From Planktothrix pseudagardhii (GTDB lineage: Bacteria; Cyanobacteriota; Cyanobacteriia; Cyanobacteriales; Microcoleaceae), in the NCBI RefSeq assembly GCF_904830925.1, contig NZ_LR882967.1:3490106-3554105 (forward strand): a stretch of DNA of 64,000 bases, read 5' to 3'. A model generated the notes under the pieces. The model worked only from the letters and a program-made list of their open reading frames with translations, was not told the origin of the DNA and did no database searches. The position numbers and the translations under genes were made by a program. Of the stretch, positions 18,978-28,945 are shown in pieces. Numbering within the stretch: the first letter of the stretch is position 1; every line of letters starts with the position of its first letter.

Positions 18978-20297
18978 TTAAGCTACCCAAAGATGTTGAG
19001 CAAAGCGAAGTGAAAAACTAATCAGTAACAGGGTGAAAAATCCCAAGGTCACATAACCCCAACGGCGATGATGGGATAGCATTACTCCTAAAGCTAAACT
19101 AACAGAAACAATCCCATAAGCTAAACGACTGAGGGAAATTGTACCGCCAGACGCTAATAATAAACCCAAGGCACAAAAACCATAGTTCACTGCTAATAAA
19201 CTAAGTTCATGGCGTAAATACCACAGTAAATAACCACCCCCTAAAATAATCGATGTATTGAGTAAGGGATCACCTGCAATTAACCATAAAATAAACAGTA
19301 AAAAACAGAAACTATAATCAAATTTTACCTCTCCTAATTGATCACGATATCGCCAAAGTAAATAACCTATTATAGCAATAATTATAACTAAAAGTGGATG
19401 CCAAGGATCAACAATTGCACCTTTTTTCCAATTTTGAGAACCGATTAAAATTTGCATCACCATTTTCAACCAGCCTTGACTATCAAATCCGGTTTGGCGT
19501 TGCCATTGGGTGTGTTGAACAGTAATAAAGGCAATGGGATTATTAAATTTTAGCCAACAATAGAGGCTATAAAATAATAAACCACAGCCACTTAATAAAC
19601 CCGACAAATAAGCGATCACAGGTTTTCGTTTTTGCCAAGCTGTAATTAGAAAAGCTGGAATTAAAGCGATTCCAGTAATGCGCGTTGCTGTGGCTAAACT
19701 CCCCCATAAAATCACTTGAGGATATTTTTCTAAATCAAAGGCTTTTAAGGCAGCAATACTCAAAAATAAAAATAAACCTTCCGTATAAATAACAGTGCCA
19801 AAAATCGATAAAGGACACCAAGCTAATATAGCCGTTGCCCAACGGGCAGCCTGAGAATTATTGGTGATTTCCACCCATTGATACAGTAAAATTAAAGCTC
19901 CCAAAAAAGCTAAATTATTAATTAAAATGCCTGCTACTTCAAAGGATAAACCTAAATTCATTAATCCTCGAATTAATAACGGAAATAATGGAAAAAATGC
20001 CACATTTCCGCCCGGTTCTGTCTGATTAATGACTTCATATCCAGAGGTGGCAATAATTTGGTAGAGGGGACTATCCCAAGCTGAAAAAACCTCCCAACCC
20101 CACTGAGAAGAAACAGGAGAAAAGAAAGCAATTGCAAAAAACGTCAACAGAATAATGCTGCGACTCAGTATCCCCATTGTTAAGGCAAAAATAATCCCAT
20201 TAGATTGACAAACATTGGCAATTTTAGTTAAAAAATCTTGTGATTTAGCAAAAAGTTGAGTTAGCACCTTCTGAGAATTCATGGGTTGTTCTTTCAC
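18978..20297 (-). CDS. Polytopic membrane protein, probable glycosyltransferase (PMT/ArnT/DUF2029-like fold)
   Basis: It has about 11 TM helices and the pattern FFPLFPLLIRGL. The family assignment is tentative. Confidence 0.45.
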   Translation of the reverse strand: MKEQPMNSQKVLTQLFAKSQDFLTKIANVCQSNGIIFALTMGILSRSIILLTFFAIAFFSPVSSQWGWEVFSAWDSPLYQIIATSGYEVINQTEPGGNVAFFPLFPLLIRGLMNLGLSFEVAGILINNLAFLGALILLYQWVEITNNSQAARWATAILAWCPLSIFGTVIYTEGLFLFLSIAALKAFDLEKYPQVILWGSLATATRITGIALIPAFLITAWQKRKPVIAYLSGLLSGCGLLFYSLYCWLKFNNPIAFITVQHTQWQRQTGFDSQGWLKMVMQILIGSQNWKKGAIVDPWHPLLVIIIAIIGYLLWRYRDQLGEVKFDYSFCFLLFILWLIAGDPLLNTSIILGGGYLLWYLRHELSLLAVNYGFCALGLLLASGGTISLSRLAYGIVSVSLALGVMLSHHRRWGYVTLGFFTLLLISFSLRFAQHLWVA

Positions 20298-20495
20298 GCC
20301 TTTATTTACAATTCAATTAAAAATCAACTTTAATTTACAATTAGAGAAATTCTACCAAGGATCAGGCAAAATTGAAATTCTTAAGAAAAATGGCAGATTC
20401 CGATAAACTATGCTAGAAAAATGAACAAGAGAAGAAAAAGCTGACCACTGCTTTCTCTGTAACTCAAAACCTCGATTTGTGCCAGGAAATGTCCT

Positions 20496-21350
20496 ATGTT
20501 TTTCAATGCAACTCAACTTTTAATTGATAACTTTGTTGAACAACTTCGCTCAGGATATCATCATACCTATGGGGGATTTAATGCCCATTATGGGGATATT
20601 GTCGCTTGGGCTGGAGGGATGGCTTTAGAAAATATTGCCAATAGCGATGCCCTCTATCATGATGTTGAACATACAATTATCGTTACATTAGTCGGTCAAG
20701 AAATTTTACGCGGAAAACATATCCGCGAAGGTGGGGTTTCTAGCGAAGATTGGCTACATTTTATGCTCTCTCTAGTTTGTCATGATATTGGTTATGTTAA
20801 AGGGGTTTGTCGCCAAGATCGAGAGGGATATTATGCTACAGGATGTGATGAAAACAGGGTACTTTTGCCCTTTGGATGTACAGATGCGAGTTTAATGCCT
20901 TATCATGTTGATCGAGCTAAATTGTTTATTCGAGAACGATTTGGGGGACATCCTTTAATTAAGTCAGATGTGATTCAATCTAATATTGAACTGACACGAT
21001 TTCCGGTTCCTCAAAAATCCGATCATCAAGATACAATACATTATCCCGGTTTAGTGCGGGCGGCGGATTTAATTGGTCAATTGAGTGATCCTCGATATCT
21101 TCAAAAAATTAGTGCCTTATTTTATGAGTTTGAAGAAACAGGATTTAATCAAAAAGCAGGCTATCATAATGCCGGAGAGTTGCGAAGAAATTACCCTCAA
21201 TTTTATTGGCATAAAGTGTATCCCTATATTAAAGATAGTCTACGGTACTTATCTTTAACTCAGCAAGGCCAACAAATTATTGCTAACCTGCACGCCAATG
21301 TCTTCCTGGTTGAACATGAGGAAACCATCAAGGAGGTCGTCATGGTTTAA
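20496..21350 (+). CDS. HD-domain metal-dependent phosphohydrolase-like protein
   Basis: YHDVEHT...VCHDIGY provides the H...HD...H...D spacing of HD domains. Confidence 0.5.
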   Translation: MFFNATQLLIDNFVEQLRSGYHHTYGGFNAHYGDIVAWAGGMALENIANSDALYHDVEHTIIVTLVGQEILRGKHIREGGVSSEDWLHFMLSLVCHDIGYVKGVCRQDREGYYATGCDENRVLLPFGCTDASLMPYHVDRAKLFIRERFGGHPLIKSDVIQSNIELTRFPVPQKSDHQDTIHYPGLVRAADLIGQLSDPRYLQKISALFYEFEETGFNQKAGYHNAGELRRNYPQFYWHKVYPYIKDSLRYLSLTQQGQQIIANLHANVFLVEHEETIKEVVMV

Positions 21351-21440
21351 TCTGTTTAATCGTTGAAGGATAAAATTTTAATGTTCCATCAGGTCATCTA
21401 TCCCAAAATAGGGTAAACTACTTTATATTTTAAATTTTCT

Positions 21441-22583
21441 ATGAGTTCCATGACGAATTCTGTTTTTTCGCCTTTACAAAGTCGTTTACTCACGGGTTTA
21501 CTGATTTTAGTCGTGAGTTGGTTAAGCTTTCAATTTTTAGGTTATGTTGGCGAATTAATCAGTATATTAGTTACCTCTGGATTAATTGCCTTTCTTCTGA
21601 ACTACGCTGTGGCAAAATTAGAACGCTTTATTCCGCGAGGAATTGCCGCCGCTTTAGTGTATTTAATTGCGATTGTAACCTTTGTAATTATTGCCTTAAC
21701 TCTTGTCCCGCCTGTCTTTAATCAAGGACGACAATTAATTACTCGATTACCCGAATTAATAGAATCAGGACGGCAACAGTTAGCGGAATTTCAAGTTTGG
21801 AGTGCTGACCGAAATTTACCCTTTGATGTCGGAATTTTACAACAGCAACTTTTGTCTCGAATTCAAGGAACCATTGAACCGATTCTCACCGGAAGTTTAG
21901 GTTTAGTGCTAGGAACCTTTAATTGGTTTTTTGACTTAATTTTTATTTTGGTCATTGCCTTTTATATGTTATTAGATGGGGAACGGTTGTGGAACCTCCT
22001 GATCACTATTTTATCCCCCCAAATTCGAGAGGTTTTAACCTTTTCCTTAGAGCGGAATTTGAAAAAATTTGTCTTAGGACAAACCTTGCAGGGAATTTTT
22101 ATGGCTGTCACCTTAACCGTTGCCTTTTTAATGTTAAAAGTTCCCTATTTCCTATTATTTGCCGTTGTGATTGGATTATTGGAAATTATCCCCTTTGTGG
22201 GAGCCACATTAGGGATTGGAACTGTCACTATTATTGTGGCTTTTATTGATTGGTGGCTGGCATTACAAGTGTTAGCCGTTGCCGTTGCAATTCAACAAGT
22301 TAAGGATAATATTGTTGCTCCTCGAATTATGGGAGATTTAACCGGATTAAGCCCTGTGATTATTTTTAGTGCTTTATTATTAGGGGGAAAAATAGGAGGA
22401 TTATTAGGATTTATTCTGGCGATTCCCATGGCAGGGGTGATTAAAAGTATTATTGAAGTGGTTGTTGATCCCACTTTACCTCCTCAAACCGGTTCCTTCT
22501 TTTATAATCCTTTAGATTCAAAAATTGACTTAACGCCAACGGAAACTTTATCTCTAGCTGAACAGGAACGCTTGAAGGTGTAA
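21441..22583 (+). CDS. AI-2E family transporter (UPF0118/PerM-like)
   Basis: It has eight TM helices. The C-terminal conserved block is LSPVIIFSALLLGGKIGGLLGFILAIPMAGVIKSI. Confidence 0.8.
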   Translation: MSSMTNSVFSPLQSRLLTGLLILVVSWLSFQFLGYVGELISILVTSGLIAFLLNYAVAKLERFIPRGIAAALVYLIAIVTFVIIALTLVPPVFNQGRQLITRLPELIESGRQQLAEFQVWSADRNLPFDVGILQQQLLSRIQGTIEPILTGSLGLVLGTFNWFFDLIFILVIAFYMLLDGERLWNLLITILSPQIREVLTFSLERNLKKFVLGQTLQGIFMAVTLTVAFLMLKVPYFLLFAVVIGLLEIIPFVGATLGIGTVTIIVAFIDWWLALQVLAVAVAIQQVKDNIVAPRIMGDLTGLSPVIIFSALLLGGKIGGLLGFILAIPMAGVIKSIIEVVVDPTLPPQTGSFFYNPLDSKIDLTPTETLSLAEQERLKV

Positions 22584-22648
22584 AATAAAAAAATAGAGAC
22601 ACAATTCTACAAGTTTTTCAACAATTCTTTGAGTGCAAAATCTGACTT

Positions 22649-23716
22649 ATGAAATGGTGGCAACGACTTAAAACTAATCCTTTAGCTCAATTTGGAGCCG
22701 GAATTTTATTGTTATTTTATGTGATCGTCATTGCAGCAGATTTTGTTGCGCCTTATAGTCCTTATGAATCGCAACTGAACGCTTCATTATTGCCACCGAC
22801 TCAAATTTATTGGTATAACCAAAAAGGGCAATGGATTGGCCCCCATGTTTACCCCACAACTCAAGGCCCGGTGGATATTGAAACTGGAATTCGTAAACTT
22901 AATGTTGATAAAACTCAGCCAAGTCCTGTCCGATTTTTCGTTCAGGGAGAACCCTATAAAATATTAGGAATTATCCCGTTTGATCGTCATTTATTTGGAA
23001 CAATCGGAGCCGGACAAATTAATTTACTGGGAACCGATGAACAAGCCAGAGATCAATTTAGCCGGATTGTTTTTGGAGGTCGAATTAGTCTCAGTATTGG
23101 ATTAGTGGGAATTCTAATTTCGTTCCCGTTAGGAATGATTATTGGAGGAATTTCCGGTTATTTTGGCGGATGGTTAGATACTTTTACCATGCGAATTGTT
23201 GAAGTATTAATGACGATTCCAGGATTATATTTATTAGTAGCTTTAGCCGCCGTATTACCCCCACAAATAACCAGTAGCCAGCGTTTTCTATTGATTGTGG
23301 TGATTATTTCTTTTATTAGTTGGGCTGGGTTAGCACGAGTGATTCGAGGACAAGTTTTATCCATTAAAGAACAACAATTTGTTCAAGCTTCACGGGCTAT
23401 TGGAGCTAATTCTTTATATATTATTGCTCGTCATGTTCTACCCCAAACCGCAACCTATCTGATTATTTCAGCAACATTATCAATTCCCGGTTTTATTATT
23501 GCAGAATCGGTTTTAAGTTTGATTGGCTTAGGCATTCAACAACCCGATCCCTCTTGGGGAAATTTACTCTCTTCAGCAACAAACGCCTCAATTTTAGTGT
23601 TACAACCTTGGTTAATTTGGCCGCCCGCTATTTTAATTATTTTAACGGTCTTAGCTTTTAATTTATTAGGAGATGGGTTAAGAGATGCCCTTGATCCTCG
23701 GAGTCTCCAACGATAA
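22649..23716 (+). CDS. ABC transporter permease, oligopeptide/dipeptide type (OppC/DppC-like), no adjacent ATPase or binding protein
   Basis: It has the OppC N-terminal domain and the EAA-like loop (ASRAIGANSLYIIARHVLP), and the C-terminal LGDGLRDALDPR is diagnostic. Confidence 0.85.
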   Translation: MKWWQRLKTNPLAQFGAGILLLFYVIVIAADFVAPYSPYESQLNASLLPPTQIYWYNQKGQWIGPHVYPTTQGPVDIETGIRKLNVDKTQPSPVRFFVQGEPYKILGIIPFDRHLFGTIGAGQINLLGTDEQARDQFSRIVFGGRISLSIGLVGILISFPLGMIIGGISGYFGGWLDTFTMRIVEVLMTIPGLYLLVALAAVLPPQITSSQRFLLIVVIISFISWAGLARVIRGQVLSIKEQQFVQASRAIGANSLYIIARHVLPQTATYLIISATLSIPGFIIAESVLSLIGLGIQQPDPSWGNLLSSATNASILVLQPWLIWPPAILIILTVLAFNLLGDGLRDALDPRSLQR

Positions 23717-23757
23717 TGGATGATTATTATAACAACAATTGAATTCAAGTTCTACCG

Positions 23758-25212
23758 ATGTTAACTAATAAATCTGGATGTCGAAATGTTGTGATTGTTG
23801 GAGGCGGCCCATCGGGACTGGCGATCGCTTTAATGTTAGCAAAACGTGGCTGGACAGAAATTACTGTTTTAGAAAAAAGAAAAACGGCTGACTATTACGA
23901 ACCGGATAAAGCGTTTAACTATCAAATTGATGGTCGAGGTCAAAAAATATTGGATTGGCTGGGATTAACCCCAAACTTAGCAGGAATGAGTGTTTCCAGC
24001 CAAGAATTTTACTTAACGGTAATTCAACTTAATGGAAAGCGAAAAACGATAAAATTACCCTTTATTAATCCTAATCGAAAAACAGCTTATTGGTTGCCTC
24101 GAAGAGCTTTTGTCTCTCTACTCTATGAAGAAATTGAACGCAATTGCCAACAGCAAATTACCGTTTTATTTGAAACTAAATGTATTGAACTAAATCATAA
24201 ACAGGAACAATTAGAGGTAATTGTTGAATCAAGAAATGGCAAATTAAGGAGTTTTACACCTGCTTTTGTAGTTGGTTGTGATGGTTTAAATTCTATTGTT
24301 CGTCAAACCCTACACGACTGGGAAAAACCTGATAATCATCGCTTTGAAATGCAATATTTTCCCTCGCCTAGTTCAGGACTGCGCTATCAAGTATTAACCT
24401 TACCGCCTCAATTTCCGCTTTCAAACCAGCTAGATGATCAATCTGTCTGTACAATGGCTTATGCAATTCGGGGTAAAGCTGTAGAAGGTCAGAAAAAGAT
24501 TTCTTTGGGTTTATTACCGATGAAAAATCCCGATGAACCTCGAACCGCTAATATTATTACTTATCCTAATCATAAAATTTGGACTTTTAAAACCAATGAA
24601 GAATTATATCGTTTTTTAGAACAATCTTTCCCTCAATTATCCATTCGTGATATTATTTCCGAGTCTGAAATTACACGATTTGTCAACAGTCAAGGCGGTG
24701 TTTTTCCTGTTCCTCAATTTTGTTCGGGATTACACTTTTTATTGAAATCTGATCAAACTTTCTCTGCCATCCTCTTATTAGGAGATGCAGTCCATTGTTT
24801 TCCCCCCGATATTGGTCAAGGGGTCAACTCAGCGTTAGAAGATGTTTATATTTTACAGCAAGTTCTCGAAGAAACCCAGGATGATCTGTTATTGGCTTTA
24901 CCCCTATATGAAGCTCGACGTTCTGGAGATATTGAAGCGTTAATTCATTTAGCTCAAACAACATTTCCTTGGCAATATAACCAAAATTGGTTCCGTCGAA
25001 AGTTATGGGATATCAACTTTTTAATCGGACTGCTTCTGAATCGGTTTTTGCCTTTCTTTTTCAGCCCTCCTGCATTTTTGATGATTCAAGATTATCAACT
25101 CAGTTATCAAGAAATTTGGCATCAAAACCAACGCACAAACCAACGTTTGTTCATTTTCAGTGTAACGCTATTAGGCATATTATTTGTTCTGGGATTCAGT
25201 TTTAACGTCTAA
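23758..25212 (+). CDS. FAD-dependent aromatic-ring monooxygenase (kynurenine 3-monooxygenase-like) with C-terminal membrane anchor
   Basis: It has GxGxxG (VVIVGGGPSGLAIALMLAKRG), DG (VGCDGLNSIVR) and GD (LLGDAVHCFPPDIGQGVNSALED) fingerprints. The C-terminal hydrophobic helices resemble those of KMO. Confidence 0.8.
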   Translation: MLTNKSGCRNVVIVGGGPSGLAIALMLAKRGWTEITVLEKRKTADYYEPDKAFNYQIDGRGQKILDWLGLTPNLAGMSVSSQEFYLTVIQLNGKRKTIKLPFINPNRKTAYWLPRRAFVSLLYEEIERNCQQQITVLFETKCIELNHKQEQLEVIVESRNGKLRSFTPAFVVGCDGLNSIVRQTLHDWEKPDNHRFEMQYFPSPSSGLRYQVLTLPPQFPLSNQLDDQSVCTMAYAIRGKAVEGQKKISLGLLPMKNPDEPRTANIITYPNHKIWTFKTNEELYRFLEQSFPQLSIRDIISESEITRFVNSQGGVFPVPQFCSGLHFLLKSDQTFSAILLLGDAVHCFPPDIGQGVNSALEDVYILQQVLEETQDDLLLALPLYEARRSGDIEALIHLAQTTFPWQYNQNWFRRKLWDINFLIGLLLNRFLPFFFSPPAFLMIQDYQLSYQEIWHQNQRTNQRLFIFSVTLLGILFVLGFSFNV

Positions 25213-25231
25213 CTCAACTGGGATTGAGAAG

Positions 25232-25558
25232 CTAACTTCTACCTTGTTCACCCAGGTAAGAAGTTAAAGTTTGATAATCCGAAAAATCTGAACAGTTAAT
25301 GGCTTGTTCCGTTAACGCAATTTTGGGATTAATGGTACACTTTAATTGATAATTTCCGGTAAAAAATTTACAGGTTGAACAAGGAATTTTATGTAATTCT
25401 TTAACGCTGGTTATTCCTTGTGTCAGTGTTCTATAGGTACTCCAGATTAACGAAAAAACGAATAACCAAGCAACACTAAAGCAAACAATCTGCAATAGCA
25501 TCGGTGAAACTTGATTAAAAATATATAAAATTTGAGACATGGCAGTTAGGAATAACAA
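25232..25558 (-). CDS. Hypothetical small membrane protein with Cys motif (CSTCKFF...C...C)
   Basis: It is 108 aa with two TM helices followed by a Cys-containing tail. No family was recognised. Confidence 0.35.
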   Translation of the reverse strand: MLFLTAMSQILYIFNQVSPMLLQIVCFSVAWLFVFSLIWSTYRTLTQGITSVKELHKIPCSTCKFFTGNYQLKCTINPKIALTEQAINCSDFSDYQTLTSYLGEQGRS

Positions 25559-26114
25559 AGAGGTAAGCTAAAGCTAATACTCATCTATTCTGAAGGGATG
25601 ACTGTTTCCCCTCATCTAACTTCAGCATGATCTGTTTGTGAATTCGGTTTGTAAATTAAGCGATAAAACTCATCCATTGAAGAAGTCTCATCATTGATTA
25701 CAAGCGAAATTAACAAAATCTCTACCTTAAGTTAGAAAATGAATTGATCAGAAATCGGTAAAGTATTGATTACTTCTCTATGAAGTTAAGCTTGGGAATT
25801 GAAATTTTCTGGATTCATATTGCTAAATATCCCTTAACTCCTTTTTGGATTATTTAATGGGATTTTTAAGTAAAAAATGTCCTCTTTTGAGGGTTGAGAT
25901 TGCCATCTTTATCGATAAAGTTGGTGATGAATTGTAGCGTTTCGTTTCAACGCTGAAACACAATTTCTCCAAAGTTGGGTGTTGCTAGTGCAGTCGGGTT
26001 TGATTTTTTTCTATCCCTTTCTGTGATTAATGAATGGGTTTTTTTTAATATTAACCCGGATGCACTGGCTCATCTTTAGCAACTTGGATTCGCTCTGATG
26101 GAGTCAGTAAATAC

Positions 26115-28346
26115 ATGGCAGCGAAATTCCCAAAATTTGATCAAGGTCTGGCTCAAGACCCAACCACTCGCCGAATTTGGTACGGGATTGCCACGGCCCA
26201 TGATTTTGAAAGCCATGATGGCATGAACGAGGAAAATCTCTATCAAAAGATTTTTGCCTCCCATTTTGGTCATTTGGCAATTATCTTTTTATGGACATCC
26301 GGCAACCTGTTCCATGTCGCTTGGCAAGGAAATTTTGAACAGTGGATTCGAGATCCCCTGCACATTCGTCCCATTGCCCATGCCATTTGGGATCCTCAAT
26401 TTGGCAAACCGGCGGTGGAAGCCTTCTCCCAAGCCGGAGCTATAAACCCCGTTAATATTGCCTATTCGGGCGTTTATCATTGGTGGTATACCATTGGGAT
26501 GAGAACTAACGCCGAGCTTTATCAAGGCGCTGTGTTCCTCCTGCTTTTGGCGGCATTGTTTTTGTTTGCGGGCTGGTTACACCTTCAACCCAAGTATCGT
26601 CCGAGTTTGTCTTGGTTTAAGAATGCGGAGTCTCGCTTAAACCACCACTTAGCGGGTTTATTTGGGGTCAGTTGTCTAGCGTGGACAGGCCATTTAGTTC
26701 ATGTTGCCATCCCTGAATCCCGTGGCCAGCACGTCGGATGGGATAACTTCTTGACCACGTTACCCCATCCAGCCGGACTCAAACCCTTCTTTACTGCAAA
26801 TTGGGGGGTTTATGCCCAAAATCCTGATACAGCACGGCACGTTTTTGGCTCATCGGACGGGGCAGGAACGGCGATTTTAACGTTTTTGGGTGGGTTTCAT
26901 CCCCAAACTGAATCGTTATGGTTGACGGATATTGCCCATCACCATTTAGCGATCGCAGTCATCTTTATTATTGCGGGTCATATGTACCGAACCAACTTCG
27001 GTATTGGCCACAGTATTAAAGAGATGTTGAACTCGAAAGATCCGTTGTTTGGGGTTCCCACCGAAGGACAGTTCAACTTACCCCACCAAGGTTTGTATGA
27101 TACCTACAACAACTCCCTGCACTTCCAGTTAGGAATTCACCTGGCTGCGTTGGGTGTGGTGACATCGCTGGTGGCGCAGCATATGTATTCGATGCCACCC
27201 TATGCGTTTATCGCCAGGGATTATACAACCCAAGCGGCGCTGTATACCCATCATCAATATATTGCTGGGTTCCTCATGGTCGGAGCCTTTGCCCATGCTG
27301 CCATCTTCTGGGTACGGGACTATGACCCCGACCAAAACAAAGGCAACGTTTTAGATCGGGTTTTGAATCACAAAGAAGCGATTATTTCTCATTTAAGTTG
27401 GGTGTCTCTGTTTTTGGGATTCCATACCCTGGGTATATACGTTCACAATGATGTGGTTGTCGCCTTTGGGACACCGGAAAAGCAAATCTTGATTGAACCT
27501 GTATTTGCTCAGTTCATTCAAGCGGCTCACGGTAAAGCCCTCTATGCAATGGATGTGTTACTGGCGAACCCTGACAGTATTGCCCATACCGCTTGGCCGA
27601 ATAATGGGAACGTTTGGTTGCCGGGTTGGTTAGCAGCGATTAATTCCGGTAAGAATTCATTGTTTTTAACCATTGGCCCTGGTGATTTCCTCGTTCACCA
27701 TGCCATCGCCCTGGGTCTGCATACCACCACATTAATTTGTGTGAAAGGTGCGTTAGATGCTCGTGGTACTAAACTGATGCCTGATAAAAAAGACTTCGGT
27801 TTTACCTTCCCTTGTGATGGCCCTGGACGGGGTGGCACTTGTCAAACATCCGCTTGGGAGCAATCCTTCTTCCTGGCGACTTTCTGGATGTTGAATACCC
27901 TCGGTTGGGTAACGTTCTATTTCCATTGGAAGCATTTAGGGGTGTGGCAAGGAAACGTTGCTCAATTTAATGAAAGCTCCACCTATATTATGGGTTGGTT
28001 GCGGGATTACCTCTGGCTCTATTCAGCCCAGGTGATCAATGGTTACAACCCCTACGGAACCAGTAACCTCTCGGTTTGGGCTTGGATGTTCCTGTTCGGA
28101 CATTTGGTATGGGCCACTGGGTTTATGTTCCTGATTAGTTGGCGAGGTTATTGGCAAGAACTGATTGAAACGTTAGTTTGGGCGCATGAACGCACCCCTC
28201 TGGCGAACCTCGTGATCTGGAAAGATAAACCAGTTTCGCTGTCAATTGTTCAAGGATGGTTAACGGGTTTAGTTCACTTTACGGTGGGCTATATCCTCAC
28301 CTATGCTGCGTTTCTACTGGCTTCAACGGCTGGGAAATTTGGCTGA
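26115..28346 (+). CDS. psaB: Photosystem I P700 chlorophyll a apoprotein A2 (PsaB); no psaA upstream
   Basis: It is near-identical to canonical PsaB throughout ([42 protein letters not shown] Fx-cluster loop, C-terminal [14 protein letters not shown]). The 555 nt upstream are non-coding. Confidence 0.95.
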   Translation: MAAKFPKFDQGLAQDPTTRRIWYGIATAHDFESHDGMNEENLYQKIFASHFGHLAIIFLWTSGNLFHVAWQGNFEQWIRDPLHIRPIAHAIWDPQFGKPAVEAFSQAGAINPVNIAYSGVYHWWYTIGMRTNAELYQGAVFLLLLAALFLFAGWLHLQPKYRPSLSWFKNAESRLNHHLAGLFGVSCLAWTGHLVHVAIPESRGQHVGWDNFLTTLPHPAGLKPFFTANWGVYAQNPDTARHVFGSSDGAGTAILTFLGGFHPQTESLWLTDIAHHHLAIAVIFIIAGHMYRTNFGIGHSIKEMLNSKDPLFGVPTEGQFNLPHQGLYDTYNNSLHFQLGIHLAALGVVTSLVAQHMYSMPPYAFIARDYTTQAALYTHHQYIAGFLMVGAFAHAAIFWVRDYDPDQNKGNVLDRVLNHKEAIISHLSWVSLFLGFHTLGIYVHNDVVVAFGTPEKQILIEPVFAQFIQAAHGKALYAMDVLLANPDSIAHTAWPNNGNVWLPGWLAAINSGKNSLFLTIGPGDFLVHHAIALGLHTTTLICVKGALDARGTKLMPDKKDFGFTFPCDGPGRGGTCQTSAWEQSFFLATFWMLNTLGWVTFYFHWKHLGVWQGNVAQFNESSTYIMGWLRDYLWLYSAQVINGYNPYGTSNLSVWAWMFLFGHLVWATGFMFLISWRGYWQELIETLVWAHERTPLANLVIWKDKPVSLSIVQGWLTGLVHFTVGYILTYAAFLLASTAGKFG

Positions 28347-28373
28347 TCATCCCTGAAAGGGTGAATGATTAAC

Positions 28374-28406
28374 CATAGGGGTGGCGAAAGTTGCCCCTAT
28401 GTTTTT
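28374..28406 (+). terminator. Rho-independent terminator downstream of psaB
   Basis: The hairpin CATAGGGGTGGCGAAAGTTGCCCCTATG is followed by TTTTT, 28 nt after the psaB stop. Confidence 0.55.
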
Positions 28407-28437
28407 GGGCTTCAGTCCTCTGTGAATTATATGAAAT

Positions 28438-28548
28438 CTTTAAATGTTTGCTACGCATATGTTTTCTGTAGAGACGCGCCATGGCGCGTCTCTACGTGGG
28501 GTTTAGGCAATTATCTGTAGTATCAATTTCAGGATTTCATATTATTAG
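28438..28548. repeat. Composite MITE-like repeat: CTTAAATGTTTGCTACGCAT + 28-bp perfect palindrome GTAGAGACGCGCCATGGCGCGTCTCTAC + ATCTGTAGTATCAATTTCAGGATTT module
   Basis: The same three-module arrangement recurs at 51398-51602 with an extra insert. The palindrome at 28468-28495 is perfect. Confidence 0.6.
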
Positions 28549-28594
28549 AAATCAGGTTAGGTATGATAGGGATGAACCCTGTTGTAACACCACA

Positions 28595-28849
28595 ATGAGC
28601 ATCAATCTCACCTCTGACCAAGAACAATTTATTCAAACTCAACTGGAATCTGGGAAATATCAAACCCCTGAACAAGTCATCTCAACTGCGTTGCGCCTAC
28701 TGGATGAATGGCAAAGGGCTGAGGCAGAATGGGTTAAAGATGTGGCTGATAAAATCGATGCTGCTGTATCCGCTACTGAAGAAAATCCTCCCCTTGATGG
28801 TGAAACTTTTATCAATGGGATTTTAGAACGGTTTAAGCCAAACCATTAG
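28595..28849 (+). CDS. parD: Type II antitoxin, ParD/RHH family (COG3609-like)
   Basis: MSINLTSDQEQFIQTQLESGKYQTPEQVISTALRLLDEWQR is a ribbon-helix-helix N-terminus typical of ParD. It is 84 aa and directly followed by a ParE-like start. The 5' part of the listed ORF from 28481 lies in the MITE and is rejected. Confidence 0.65.
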   Translation: MSINLTSDQEQFIQTQLESGKYQTPEQVISTALRLLDEWQRAEAEWVKDVADKIDAAVSATEENPPLDGETFINGILERFKPNH

Positions 28850-28858
28850 GATGCAACG

Positions 28859-28945
28859 ATGAGTCGCTATGTTATCAACATTCTAGCCAGCCATGACCTC
28901 AACGAGATTGCTGAGTATTTTGCCAACCACTATTTAACAGTTAGA
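28859..28945 (+). pseudogene. parE: ParE/RelE-family toxin, 5' remnant (first ~28 codons) truncated by the AT-rich insertion
   Basis: MSRYVINILASHDLNEIAEYFANH fits the ParE N-terminal consensus (M..Y.v.....A..DL..I..YIA). Beyond about codon 29 the reading frame is simply antisense to the C-terminus of the 28934-30451 gene and loses ParE similarity. Confidence 0.5.

Noticed and set aside
25560-26114. Search for a psaA gene or fragment upstream of psaB
   Set aside because: No ORF with PsaA-like sequence occurs in any frame. The region looks like promoter and leader only, so psaB is reported as stand-alone.
28481-28594. Upstream extension of the parD ORF to 28481
   Set aside because: The extension reads through the palindromic MITE and has no RHH-like sequence. 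The internal ATG at 28595 gives a family-typical 84-aa ParD.
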